From Chlorokybus atmophyticus (lineage: Eukaryota; Plantae; Mesostigma and Chlorokybus algae): a stretch of 64,000 nt of DNA. Below are positions 47,254 to 59,971 of this stretch, one piece after another. The DNA lies in NCBI GenBank assembly GCA_009103225.1, contig RHPI01001737.1:926091-990090 (forward strand). The letters run 5' to 3'. Positions within the stretch are counted from its first letter, which is position 1, and the number at the start of each line of letters is the position of its first letter. The notes under the pieces are model-generated. The model was not told where the DNA came from and ran no database searches. It worked only from the letters and a program-made list of their open reading frames with translations. A program made the position numbers and the translations under genes.

Positions 47254-50200
47254 GGGTAAGGTGCCCTAACTTCGGACACTTTACACTAGTAAGGTCACCG
47301 TTAGCTGAGCACTTCACCGTTTTGGTCAATTGATGGCTTAGTTGAAAGCTAGTGTGATGACCTATCTCTCAAGCTTGTCCTTGTATGTTTAGCCTATCAG
47401 TTGCGTCCGTGAGCCTCCGGCAAAGACCAGTCAACAGTGCAGGCGATTTAAAGTGAAGTGAGCCTAACTTCGGACAGTCTAGTATTGCCTGTATGCTGTA
47501 AGACCCAAGAAGGTTGTGGCGGCGGTGAGCGCCTGTTCGTGGCGAGGGTGTTGTTGTTGTCGTGAGGTTGGATTGTAGGGTTTGTGGCGCATTGGCGGCG
47601 CCTTCTACGCACACGTGAGACGGAGGTAAGGCTTGTGCGGTGTGCACAGAGTTGTGTGAGCAGAGCTGTGCATGCGCATGCGCATGCAGCATGCATACAG
47701 CGTGTGAGCATGGCGTGCAAGGGCAGAGGCTTGTCAAGCATATTTGTATAAACAAGGTAGATGTTGCGCGCTATCTACAAAAGGGCTAGCTGCATGCACA
47801 TGCTAGTTCTAATACAGGATCTTTGCTAGGCGCAGGCCTCCTCTTCTTTGAGCAAATGCACGGTGTTTTGTCAGTGTTGCCTTGGACATCGCTGGTCTTG
47901 CCGTGGCGGCACAGGTGAGGCCGTCTTCCTCCAGCTCAGCCCATGGTCCTGCAGTTGCTGGGGTGTCGTCCTCGGTGTCACTGCTAACCACCTTGTTGCG
48001 CAGGGTTGCTGCGAGCTTCTTGGCCACCTTCGCCTCCGCCTTCTTGTGCTGCTTCTCTGCTGCTGCAGCTGCCTTGGCTTCAGCTTTCTGCCTCAGTCTC
48101 TCCGCCTTCTCCTGTGCACGGACTTCCTTCTCTTGGGCCTTTGCAGCCTTCTCTCCTGCTGCCTCTTCCCTCTTCCTCCTGAGATCTGCCTTCCTGGCAA
48201 TCCTGCGTGCCTCAAGGCGCTCCTTCTCAGCAGCGCGTTCACGCAGATATTGGATGATCTCGGGGCTGGTAAGGATGATGGCGGCACGCATGTATGAGGG
48301 TCCTCTGGCCTGAGCTCTGAGCTGTCCAGGCAGAACTTCCTCCGTGCCCAACTCCTCCTCCTCTAGAAAATCAGGTACTTGCGAGTTGTTATTATCGACG
48401 TCTTGAGTTTGCTCTTCTTCGTCTCCCTCACGGCCAAACTCTGCTGTGAACAGGGCCTCCAGAAGTGCTGGGCTGATGGTGCCTGGCTCTGGCTGGACTT
48501 CCATGTCCTCAGGATCATGCAGACGGTCGTCAAAGGCATGCATGTTCAACGGCCAAAGACCTGCAAGGTGAGACAAGCATAAGAGCTAGTAGACACTGCA
48601 AGGAACCCAAGGCTGCTACTGTGCATGCTTGTGCATAACCTTGCATCAGCTGGCACTGAGAATGAGACTGTGCATGCATGCTAATTATGATTGCCCAAGG
48701 GATTGCATCGCAGGGTTACCTGTCTTGGGGAAGCCAGCTATGATGTTGGCAGGACTTATGGCCGTCAGGAAAGGGTTGGCAGTCAGTTGGATGAAGATCT
48801 TTTTACACATCTTCAAGTTGGGGTTGGAGGCCATGACACGAACATACTGGTGCTTGTACGCCTGCTTGAAGCTGCGAAAGCAGCTGACGTCGAGTACCTG
48901 CAAGGTGACCATGTGTTTGTGAGCTGTGCAATGTGCTGGCAACTTATGAAAGTGCATGGTCCCGACAGCAGTTGTACAGCAGGCTTTCATACCTGCATGA
49001 GATGGGTGAGATGCGGTGGAAAGGTCAAGATGTGCACTCCGTTCTCAGCAGCTTGTTCCAGCATGTCAAGGTTGAATCTGGAAGAGTGTCCGTTCACAAG
49101 TAGAAGGCATGGGTTTTCTGAAGAAGCACCGCCAGGTATGTTGTCCATAAACAGCTGAAACCATTGCTGGAATATTTCGTGTGTCATGTACGCGTTCTCC
49201 TGTGTGTCACACAAGTGCATGTTAGTGCATTGTCACATGTACATGCATATGCACATGCACATGGCAGGTACCTGCATAGTAAGGCCACTGCCGGGGGGGC
49301 ATCTTCTAACCAATCCATGGTCACACGCTTGCCTTTGCAGATGTACAAGGGGGGGCATGTGAGCACCAGCGGCGTTCACACAAGCCATGATGCTCATATG
49401 TTCTCTATTGCCACAGAGTCTGTGGTATGAATTTCTGAAACCACGAGGAGCCACCATCTTCACAGTCCCCAAGTTGTCTGGTTCTAGCTCTGTCTTATCC
49501 GCATTCCAGATGCGTGAGGGGGTGAGTTTCAGGTCCTCCACCAGGCGCTCATATAGATGGAAGAAAGAGTGCACAGCTCCTGGGGTCGCCCATTGCCAAC
49601 GGCGGCGGTCTAGACCCTCTGCTACTCTCATGCTGAGGTTGTGACGTGACAGGAATAGGCGACACCATTTCTTGCCAGGGATTTTGTTCTCGCCAAACCT
49701 CCTCAGCCTCTCCTCCGCTCCCTCCAGAAGTGTTATCACCTGTCAACACATCCAGTGTCGATTGCTGCAATGAATTGATCATCTCTCTATTCAAGACTTA
49801 CCCTGTGTTGCAGTGCAGCTACGGTGACAGAAGTGGCGTGCCTGCACATGTCCGTCACCCAAATAACCAGTTGATCTCCTTCACTTGCAGAGAGGATGGG
49901 AATGCGACCAGGCTGGCGTGGGTCATTAAACTTGGCAGGGTTTCTGAAGTAATCACTCAGAGTGGACTTGGCGACTCCGACATCGTCAGCTGCCTCACGC
50001 AAACCTCTCTCGCCAGTCCTGATCAGCTCACAGGCGGCCATCATCTTCTCAAGAAGAGTTGAGTTGCGGGAGTACATGGCATACTTCAGGCCCTTAGCCT
50101 GCACTAGAGAGCGTAGGTCTTGAGCCTTGAGGTTGCGTGTAGCCTTGCCTTTGCTGGTGCAGTTGGCGTGGGGGGTTGCTTACGCTTGCGCCTGGCTTGA

Positions 50201-51022
50201 GGGGCGCGGTCCTTTGGGGCCTATACATACATCAGGGTGATGAGAGAAGCTATGGCAGCACTCGTGGCTGACCCAATCTCTCTAACTGGTCCAGCCAGCC
50301 AACAATACCATAGCATAGCATAGCATAGACAGCCTAGCTTGCATGCAATGCAATGCACATGTACTTGAGTTGCAACTTACCCCGGAGTTGTTGGTGACAT
50401 TGCTATCTTGACTGCCGCTCTCAAGACTGCATGCTGCTCGTGTCCGCACCATGTTTGCAACACCACCCCCACGATAGCACCCTAACACACACACTTGAAT
50501 GTGGCTTGAAGCACCACACTAGGCCTTATATATAATAGCCCTTGCATGTTAACTATGTTTACAATGTAACACACCGCCATCAGTTGGCTTCCCTTGTTGC
50601 TATCACCATTTTGATATTTCACCTACCGCGTAAGCTTTTTGCACATGCTATCTTTATGGCCCATAACTTGGCGGCTGACTGGTCGATTGGGCTGCGCATA
50701 GATTCATTGCGAAGGTAATTAGATGATCTACCATATGCAAAAAACCCCACCGCCAAATCCCACCTCAGTCCTTATTGGCAATAGTTCAAAGTTAACAATG
50801 ACCATGCAAACCAGCGCCAAAATTTCAAACTATTTGTATTTTGGCGGGTCAAAACAGCTCGGATTGGCGTAGAACCAGTAGCAGGCTCACTGTGACCAAT
50901 CACAACACCTCACCAAATTTCAAGCCAATTGGCCGCCAAATGTAGATTCTACAGTATATTTTGCACGCCAACAAGGCAACTGTCCGAAGTTAGGGTCTGT
51001 CCGAAGTTAGGGCACCTTACCC
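47254..51022 (-). mobile_element. Full-length pogo-like DNA transposon (3769 bp)
   Basis: Perfect 25-bp TIRs GGGTAAGGTGCCCTAACTTCGGACA (47254-47278 and 50998-51022) with TA TSD on both sides. Extra internal TIR-core copies at 47463-47476 and 50981-50995. Confidence 0.95.
47809..50452 (-). pseudogene. Intron-containing pogo/DDE_1 transposase, probably inactive
   Basis: HTH (GLREAADDVGVAKSTLSDY), CENP-B-like segment, IWNADKT, MACVNAAG..MPP, LLLVNGHSSR (second catalytic D changed to N), FPPHLTHLMQ/VLDVSCFRSFK and a K/E/A-rich tail. GT-AG introns, for example the donor at 50380. Confidence 0.88.
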
Positions 51023-51324
51023 TACAAGAAGCTGGCAGATGTAAACTGCATGAACCAAAAACAAGAAATGTCGAGCAAGGAGTCACAGGATAAAACCAGT
51101 CCAGAAGAAGTTTTAGAAGACTAGCAGAGCGTAAAGGAAAAGAAAAGAAAGAAAGAACCAGAAAACCACACTTATAGCAGACTAGCACTGGAAACCCCTG
51201 TCCAGCCACCTTTCGCAACTAACAAGGGTTGCAGCAATGTTTTCCACTCCGCTTGATAAGTCGGAGGCAAGTGGGCATGGAAGCTGGTCTTGGTGTTGGA
51301 ATGCCTTCTTGCGACTGTGCGTGC

Positions 51325-51392
51325 GACCATATAGACCATATATATAGACCTTATAGACCATATATAGACCATATAGACCATATAGACCATAT
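51325..51392 (+). repeat. Short tandem repeat of GACCATATA variants
   Basis: About 7 imperfect 9-13-bp units. Confidence 0.85.
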
Positions 51393-51725
51393 GTCCTTGC
51401 AAGGCTGGCAGCAGCTTAGCGCAGATTGTGGCAAGCACTTCACACCAGAATGTAGTGACTGCGGGATGATGTGGACTGCCCGCAACCTTAGTCTACTATC
51501 CGTCAAGACAACACAATTTGCAACCAAAACTGAGGGTGCTCATACAACAACTTCAGCCCTAGTACTAGTCCGCAGCCTGGCTTGCGCACCGAAACGCCTC
51601 AGGATGGCCTGCCTACAGTTTATTTACAACATAGCAGGTGGACACACTGATTACTAAGCATGTTGCAACTACGCCTGACACTGTACAATAGGACAAGTTA
51701 TCTCACAACGACACTCCTAAGCGGC

Positions 51726-53059
51726 CTAAGCGGCCTGGACGGCGGGTTGTGTGGACTGCGCTTGCAACTGTGCAATCTTCTCCTTCAACTGGAACTGTTG
51801 CGCAATCAGTGGCCTGACGTCTGACTGGCCCACCAATTTCTCGAGAAAGGGCAGCAATGACAGCAACTGGGTGTCCTCGCGGTCATCAAACCAGCTCTCA
51901 ATCGGGATGCCATTGTCCAGTTGGTAGCCGAACGCCTGAGGCGAGTTGTCAACGATGGCCACTTGCGACAAGTCTCGTCCGAGCACTGTCAGGTCCTTGA
52001 GGTAGTTTCCCTCAACAAAGACGCAGGAGTCTCGGAAAATACGGTGGCGGATGAGAGTCCTGTTTGGGTCGAGGATGTTCAGCAGGCGTTCTGCATACAT
52101 GCGCTGCGACGCCGTGAACACCACCACTTCAAACAGTTGCGAGACGCGCTGCATGAACTCATCCAGCCCAGGCCGCCGTCGGACGTAGACGTTATGCTCC
52201 TGGTTATTGAAGAAAACAGGAAACGTGAAGTCCGCCTCTTCTGGGTCATCCAGCGAGGAGTGCACCAAGGTTTCATCCAGGTCCAAGACAAGTGTCAGTG
52301 GTGGAGACCGTCGTGTTTTTTTGGGCAACACCTGTTGTGGGTTGGTCAGATGCAGCTCCAGATTGCCACATGCTTTCAACACTCATACCTGAGCATGGGG
52401 AGGACTGATGCATTGGGACAACGGGGGCAGGTTGGCAATGAAAATGAAGGGATCAAACGCGTCTTCTTCAGCATCAGAGTCCTCATCGTCCATGGAGTCG
52501 TCTTCGCACTCCAGCGTGTAGGCCACACTATGGGTTGTCTCGTAGGTGCACAAAGTATCTACTTTGGAGACAGCGACCATGGCCAGGCTTTGCTCAACTA
52601 CAGGCTTCGTCTCACTAGAAGAGCGCATGTTGGCCAGCTGCAGTGTTGCCGACACGTCCATGTCACAAGCATCGCTGCCTGGGTTGTACAACGAATATAC
52701 AGGGGAAAATATTGTATCCAAGGTTGAAGCTTTATCTGGGTCTTCAAGGGACATCTGCCCCGAACAACAAGCGGTAAGCACTACTGAGAGGAGAAGACAT
52801 GGCCTGGCAACCAGGACACCCTTAAGTCAACAGGTACCTGGTGACGAACTTCTTCGTCAACTTCGTACATGCTGGCATCCTCCACGACGATGCCAGCGGT
52901 GGGCCTAGCTGGCTCAGCTGCATCTGGCACTTGGCGCACCTTCAATTGCTGGGCAACTTCTACAGGCTGACAGGGTGACCGGCGGGTTGACATTGTTCGC
53001 GGCGTCTGTGGCGGTGAAGCCCCTGGCATCAAAAACAACGTCAACACACCCATCATCAT
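51726..53059 (-). CDS. SCP/CTDSPL-like HAD phosphatase (NIF/FCP1 domain); start uncertain
   Basis: [73 protein letters not shown] and [18 protein letters not shown]. Confidence 0.93.
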
Positions 53060-55454
53060 CGTGATCAGGCCACAGGGCCAAAAATGATAGCGATGGCTTC
53101 TAACCGCAGCGCCTCCGAGGCGAAGAGTGGATCATTGATGCAGGGCGACCCCTTTCTTTTGGTTGACGCCTTGCTGGCCTGCTGCTGGCTCGCCTCTTGC
53201 GCATTGGCATGACACTGGCATCCTCGACGGCCATCTGACTAGAGACATCCTTGTGCTCTTCAAGGTTTGCTTGAAGTTGCGACGAACGTGTGACCCTCAT
53301 GGTCTTTAAGCCTGACAGGGGTTCGCTTGGCGGCTGCAAACTGGTTCGCAGAGAAGGGCAACCTTGGCAAGGCCTGTGCAGGGCCACTTATGAGTCGAGC
53401 ATGAGAAGGCTCTCAGGCCACCATCACCCTTGCTGGTTGTGGCAAAACTGCGTACCAAATGTTGCAGCTTGCAGACAAGCCGCATCAGCTTGTCTTGCTC
53501 ACGTGCGTCTCTCCAGCCCCGTTTGCAGCCATGCTGAGGAGATTGGCTCCACAGACGGTAATCACTGAAAAGACAAGAAACAGTTTCGAGATGTATGCCA
53601 CGGTGTAGCCAATGACGACAGTACAGCAACTTGTAACTCAAGTTCACCAGTGTTGACTGAGCCTGATCCTTGCAACAAACCCTTGTACAACCGCTGCCAA
53701 TAAAGACACAGTCCTACATGTCTGAGGTACTGGCAATGCCGTAGTTGTTTTGAGTTCGCAGGGCCTGATTTGCGCAATTATCGCTCACGCCACAAGAAGG
53801 ACAGGCTAAGACAGGTTAGGGCCAACTCTCACCTGGCAGCATCAGAGTTTCCGCAGCCGCAGCCGCAGCTTGCCGACCGTCCTGTCCCTTACACCACCAC
53901 CCCAATGCACTGCACAGCGGGGTTCTTTCGCAGACGGCACAAGCTCGCATACAACTTCGAGCGACGGACGGAAATAGCATAAGCAGCCACGTCGCCGGGC
54001 GCCTTCACCACGTTTTCCTCCACCTCCTCCTGCACGCCGGCCGCCGCCGCGCCCAAACCCTAACGCCGCACAGTAGGGCATTTCCAGCATAAAGTCGCGC
54101 ACCTATTGCCCAAGGTAAAAACTTATCAACAACTTGGTGCGAACTTGTTGCTCTCCGCTGGCAGGCTGCACACATCGCAGAACGGACGGCGTTCGAAACT
54201 CCCGCTTCGGCAGCGGACTTTAGCCGGCGTGGTTAACCGTTTTTCCGCGCTATGCGGCACGACATCTGTCGCTGCCCCATTATTAAAGCAGACAACCTGT
54301 GGGGAAAAAGCTGCGGAATCATGTTGCAAACAATTCTACCAATAAGGTGCTCGCGGCTACGGCAGCAAGTCCGTGCGCCGACACTTACCGGACTTTTGCT
54401 GCCGTCTGCTCCTGTCTAGCAGGGACTACTGGCCGGCTGAAGCAAGCAGTTACCGGATGTTGTCTTCGCTCGACCGGAGGAAGCGGAAGACATTTTCTGC
54501 AATGTGCGAGCCCACTTCAAAACATGCCTTTCCTCATGAATGTAGGGCTCTCATGACACTTTACGCCTCCAATATACCTGGAAAGAGGGCGCGATGATTG
54601 GAAAATTTGCGCGCTGCTTGCCTAGCGAGGTGCGATATTCGCGGCGGTAAGTGCCTTTCAGCAAAATATCCTCCACAGTGGTACCATTTAACTGCCAATA
54701 ATGCTGGCAAGAGGTACCAGTAGGTACCTGTTGGTACGACCTGCACCGATGGTACTGGCAGGCTATGGTGGCCACTGGCAACAGTATGGCATAGCAATGA
54801 CAAGACAGCTGCACAGACTGTGCAGGCTTCAGCATAGAGCACTACAACGAATGTGATATCGTGCATCACGACGACGTGTGGGTAACTAGGGGTGCGGCTG
54901 GTCGGGCCGGCCGGCGGGCCGGCATTAGGGCACACAAACACATCACACGCGCCAGGGCCATCAGTAGCCATCACCTACGGCACCCGCGACAGCCGGCCTG
55001 CGCGGTATGCGCGGCCCGCCTGCCTCTCATTGGGTTGGCGGTGACTATCGCCCGTTCGGTCAGTCCTAAACAGATCTTGACCGTCCAAAGCACATCCCTG
55101 CGTCATGCAACTGCTCAAAATATATGCGAATATAACAAAAAAGAAAAACACAACATGGCGCACATATAGCGGCATGTTGTTAATCTGGCCCATAGTTGAT
55201 ATCGATGATATGGGCATGTAACACACTTATTAGGGTAGTAAATTAAGCAGTAACGTTCCTGCCATAGTACGTGCAGAGATTTTTAATAAATAACGCAGAG
55301 GTTAGCATTCGTAAAATAATGCTAACTTGAATCACCTCGATTAAATTTTTAAATTCATGTATGATCAAATGGTGGCCTAATGACGCAAATTCTTATTTAA
55401 ATCAATTCTTAACATTAAAGTGATTACAAGAATTTGATCAAGTGCGATTTTAAT

Positions 55455-56148
55455 GGTGACAACCGCCGTTACTAAAAACGGCAAAAGAGATGCTTATTAT
55501 TGCAAAGATATGCCAAAACATCTTCATAGCATCTCTGCGGGAACCATCCCCAAACATGGACAACAAATCGCTAGCGTATCGGGCAACTTTATGACAGTTA
55601 GCGGTTTGAACGAGCGCGTTTTGGAGGGTACGAGGTTTGGGCCCCATACCCCAAACATCTGCCGCCGTCAGTAACAATCACTTTAACAGCTTCACATACT
55701 GCTACTTAACATTAATGGACCATACACTACAGTTATAGACCGGCAAACATGGTCGTCAGCCGAATAAAAAGCGCTCCCATAAATGGCTTTGAGGAGCTAA
55801 TGTGGCTCTTTTTTGGTTCTCGGCTCAACAAGTGATTCGGTTGAAAACGATATCTAATGACGCATAACTGTAGCGTACAGTCAATTAGTGCTAAGTAGAA
55901 GTAAGTGAAGCTATTAAAATGCTGGTGATTGATGGCGGCATGTGCTTGGGGTATGGCTCGCCCCGACCTCGTACCTTCGAAAACGCGCGCGTTTTAACCG
56001 CTAACTGCTATCAAGTTGGCGCCGAAACCGCATTGAGGTACGACTCGCCGTTCGAAAGGCGTTGCCGCAAAAATGGCTTCGAGATATTATTAAGCATCTT
56101 TGCAATGACTGCCATGTCCAGTGCCATTTTAGGCAATGGCGGTTATAC
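55455..56148. repeat. Degenerate long inverted repeat, ~220-bp arms and ~250-bp spacer
   Basis: 55455-55675 aligns by eye to the reverse complement of 55925-56148, sharing blocks AACCGCC, TTGCAAAGAT, CAGTTAGCGGTT, GCGCGTTTT, GGTACGAGGT and CCATACCCCAA. Confidence 0.82.
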
Positions 56149-56239
56149 CGTTGTGATGCCCGTTTATCATACAAACGTTTGACCAAATGGTGCAGCAGCC
56201 ATCAGTTATGCTAAGTGGCCAGCTCGCCTCATGGGACCA

Positions 56240-56822
56240 CTTCAATGCGCCAACGGATGGTAATTGCTTCTACCATTGTGTGTTTCACGCGAGGCCCTCT
56301 ATAGGGCAAAGTGTCTTAAATAATCACAAGCGCCTCAGCCCGAGCAGATTTTGTTGGATTTTGGGCCATGCTGGACACCTGAACGACGACGGCCTGGGGG
56401 ACACCTCCGCAAAATCACCGCCAAGGCTGTCGATGCAGGCGTGGCGAGCAGAATCCTAGACTTCTGCAGAGCTACTGGTGCCGCGGGAGAGATGGCGCAG
56501 TGTTACGACGAACTGCCTGCGATCATATTGGCTGATGTCAATTGCAACATTGACATAGCCATGGCCAAGGTGCTATATATCGTGCGGATAAAATGTGTAC
56601 GTGAAGCACCTGCGGATGACCATGTTTGCCCACAAGCTGGGCTTGTTGATTGGCTGCGTGACCGTTCAGCGCGCGCATGGGGAGTGGGTGCCATGGCCCG
56701 GTAGCTCAGTTTGGGTTGGAAATAAAGAAGCCCCCAACTCACTCCTGATGGTGGGCAACACTGTTGCTGAAGAGCCAAAAGCACACTTTTGGCTCCTCAA
56801 GCCTGCAAGCAACAAACAATAG
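56240..56822 (+). pseudogene. OTU-like cysteine protease remnant
   Basis: APTDGNCFYHCV resembles the D-G-N-C catalytic motif. YDELPAIILADVNCNIDI and LLMVGN......HFWLL (catalytic-His-like) follow across frameshifts. Confidence 0.55.
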
Positions 56823-57217
56823 TTGTGGCCTATGCATAAAATGCCACCGGAGGTAATAGACCTGATCGGAGAGTGGCGGAATGGCGTTGCCAATCCCCCA
56901 CTACCACCAACTACTCGTTAGGGTGCTGCATCAACGCCTTAGGCCTCGCCTTCGTGTGCTAGGCAAGAAGTAGCCGACTATTCAGCACATCCTGCCTCCC
57001 CTCAACCACAGCCACATGCTTGCAATAACAATTCAGCACCCTTCCTGCCGCGGGAACTTACTTGCTACCGCACTTTGACCATTCACAGGCATCTCTATCA
57101 AAAAGCAGCGTTAGCTCGCCCTCTCCCTGTAAGCTTGCCACATTAACCGCAGCCTGTCTTGTTGGTAAAGGGATTGATCGAGGTGTCCTAAAAATTGCGC
57201 TAAAAAACTAGATTTGC

Positions 57218-57424
57218 ATGCTCGACCTCATGGCGCAACATGAGGTCGTGGAGGAACGGGAGGCAAGCAACAAGCGCAAGGCTGTGGAGCAAGAAGATAA
57301 CGCCTTACCTCCTTTAAGTGACAGAGCCACAGAGAGCGCCTGCCAGGATGTGCAGGCCGACCACAAAATAGAGAAGATGTTGTTGGAACAAGGGACGCTG
57401 ACAGAACCAAAAAAGCAAAGGTGA
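57218..57424 (+). CDS. Short charged ORF, unknown
   Basis: 68 aa, Glu/Lys-rich, with NLS-like KRK and KKQR. No recognised domain. Confidence 0.25.
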   Translation: MLDLMAQHEVVEEREASNKRKAVEQEDNALPPLSDRATESACQDVQADHKIEKMLLEQGTLTEPKKQR

Positions 57425-57780
57425 GGCATCGTTATAATGTAGTTAAAAGAAGCTTAGCGCCTTAAAGCCTCACTGGGGCTAACTATGTGTCCTGAGTAGG
57501 CACAGGCGGGTTTGTAGCGTCATGTGGCTGCTCATCATCGTCCGGAGAGCCAGCCGGCGCGGCATGAGCTGCCTAACCACCGACGCGCAGATGCTTTGAG
57601 GGGCTGACTCGTAGTGCAAAAGAGTTGATTGCCCTACAATATGCCCTAGACGCATTGCATCACCGCATGCGGCATGCCTTGAGGTAAGTGACGTAAGTAT
57701 GCAATGAGTGGGAGCAAACGCGGAGAGTGCGGTCTAAACAGCCCTTTGGGGATTGGCCGTGGTTGAAACCCAGACACAAC

Positions 57781-58275
57781 ATGGCCATCCGTAATATGCT
57801 GTTGCCCCTCGCTGTCTTTAATATGATGGTGTTGTTGCTGCCGCAGCAACCCGGCAATGTGCAAGAGCTATCCGCGGAGCAGAACTTCGACCTGCAACAG
57901 ATGTACTTGTTGATGTCGACTGATGCGGGTCGAGATGTGTGCCACTACCTGAGCAAATATACTGGGTGGCAGGTAAAACCATTCAAGCTGTACTTGGCAT
58001 GTTTTGGCTGGCAGTGGCCATATGTCATACGGCACGTCGAGCTGATTATGTGGAAGCTCGACGAAGATGACGATGTGAGCGAGTACACGAGTGACGACAG
58101 CTACGTCGAGGGCCTGGATGGACGCATGCTGGACGAGACCACTAAGACCAGCATGTGGTGTATGGCGGCAGATGGGCGTCAGGTTATCGAGCAGGCAATG
58201 GAGCGTTCTGCTGCGCCAATCAAATCGGAGTCGCTGCACCTGCGACGCGTTAACAAAGTTTGGTGGCAGAGCTAG
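57781..58275 (+). CDS. Intronless orphan ORF (164 aa)
   Basis: Uninterrupted, protein-like composition with an aromatic-rich core (YTGWQVKPFKLYLACFGWQWPYVIRH) and an acidic patch. No homolog recognised. Confidence 0.45.
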   Translation: MAIRNMLLPLAVFNMMVLLLPQQPGNVQELSAEQNFDLQQMYLLMSTDAGRDVCHYLSKYTGWQVKPFKLYLACFGWQWPYVIRHVELIMWKLDEDDDVSEYTSDDSYVEGLDGRMLDETTKTSMWCMAADGRQVIEQAMERSAAPIKSESLHLRRVNKVWWQS

Positions 58276-59971
58276 CTTGCACACCCGCGTGCACCATGCG
58301 TGCTGAATTATCGCATTGAAGAGCCACCCACCCCAGCGGATAAAGAGACGCCCTGTTGCAAGCAAGCGGAGTGCCATGTCTGCATCATATCACAGCAGCG
58401 AAATGCGGCAAATAAATCAAAAAACCTACAAGCGTGTCCCTGATGCAAGCAACCTCACCCATCTTGGTCGCCACGCCTGCTATAAGACGCCAATGTGTCG
58501 GCGGTGATTTGGCCCCCGCTTTGATGACAATTGTGCATGTATTGTAGTTTTGTGTTGAACACTTGTGAACCATGTAGGTACATGTATAGTTGTAGCATGG
58601 TGCATGATGCACCCGAGATCTGCTATTGTTAGAGGCACTAGCTAGACATGTGCATGATGATTGCTCGGCCCATGAGTCAGTGCATGGCTTGCATACCTTG
58701 CTGGTTTTATGCGCGATTAACAGCAACAAACTCGGACGACGCTTTGGGTTCTATGGAATGACAGCACAGTATTACTCTACGATCATAAAAGTATGGTAGT
58801 ATCCTTTTACTGTAGTACCAATAATGCATGGAGTACCATCCATGTTGAAGTAGTACCATGCATGGTATATATATACCGTCCATGGTACTGTGGTGATGCA
58901 CTTGAAGTGTGACTCATTTAGGGTTCGTAAGCTGGCAACCTTAAATTGATGCCCATACCCTAAAGTCTCGCTTGGTTTGTGGGCAGCCGTGCCGATTCAT
59001 ATGTTGCATGATGTCTGCGGCAGCAGTTGAATCCTCTCACCTAGGAGAGCATGCTTGGTGTGCCCACAATGCAATGCGTACGTATGTGCCAATGATCATA
59101 GACAGCAAATGCGAGCACACCTGACCAAGTGCCAGCGAGTGTAGACAGTGTGCCACGGGTTCACTGCTGCTTGCTGGCATCACACCGCATACAATGTCGA
59201 CGTGTTTGGCTGCCGCCTCGGCAAAGTGCTGTGCTAGGAACCCGACTTTTTCCATTGCGTGCAGTGCATGTGCGAATTGTGCTCGCGCTTATGCTTCAAG
59301 TGGCGAGGGGAACCCATGCGCTTCTTTACATGGACAACACCGGGACATGTGGTTAGTGGACAGGTGGTGGATGCTGTGGAGGTAATTTGGCAGAGTGGAC
59401 AGCGACGTATCACTGCATGCTATATTGGGCATATGCTTATTTCATGCATGTTGAAGCTGTTGTCGCATTCAGAACAGTCTTCCACGGTGTGGGCGTGGGC
59501 AGTTTCAATCCCCTGGCCGCTGTAGAGGAGGCAGACTATCGACCGTTGGACAGCGCACTGCATCGGCTGCGGATCGCAGTTAAGTTGAGATGCAAGCAGC
59601 TGATCGATGTTGTGACGGTGCTTGTGCCTTGTCACCTGTGAGTTGGTCCAGTCAACAACCCTCTCACCAAGACACGGTATTCACACCGAAACCTTGCCCC
59701 CTCTGCCAAGCACACGCGCGCCCCGTCACTCGCAATGCACGCGCATGCGCTCGAAGCTACACACCGACTTGTGTAGCGGTTCGTCACACAAGCAAGCACA
59801 CACTAGTGGACACACGCTAGCAACCTCTGCTAACCACCACCAAGCTTGCACACAAGGAACTAGGGAGCTAAAGGCTGTATTGCACATTGTAGAATGTCGC
59901 TTTTATACCTAACAGTCTGCACATGCTACTGTATAGACGATTCCCATGCTACACAAAACCAGATGCTAAGA

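Noticed and set aside
47848-48313. Plus-strand 143-149 aa ORFs
   Set aside because: They are antisense shadows of the transposase K/E/A-rich tail.
51921-52727. 268-aa plus-strand ORF
   Set aside because: It is antisense to the conserved phosphatase domain.
54126-54974. Small minus-strand gene with a CDVC zinc-finger-like motif
   Set aside because: The fragments could not be joined into one frame, and the single CxxC is insufficient evidence.
58799-58808. U12-type donor-like GTATCCTTTT
   Set aside because: It has no flanking exon or matching branch site, so a chance match is likely. The GTATCCTA at about 371 is likewise unsupported.
59037-59641. Protein-like short ORFs on both strands
   Set aside because: They have no recognisable domain or consistent splice structure.
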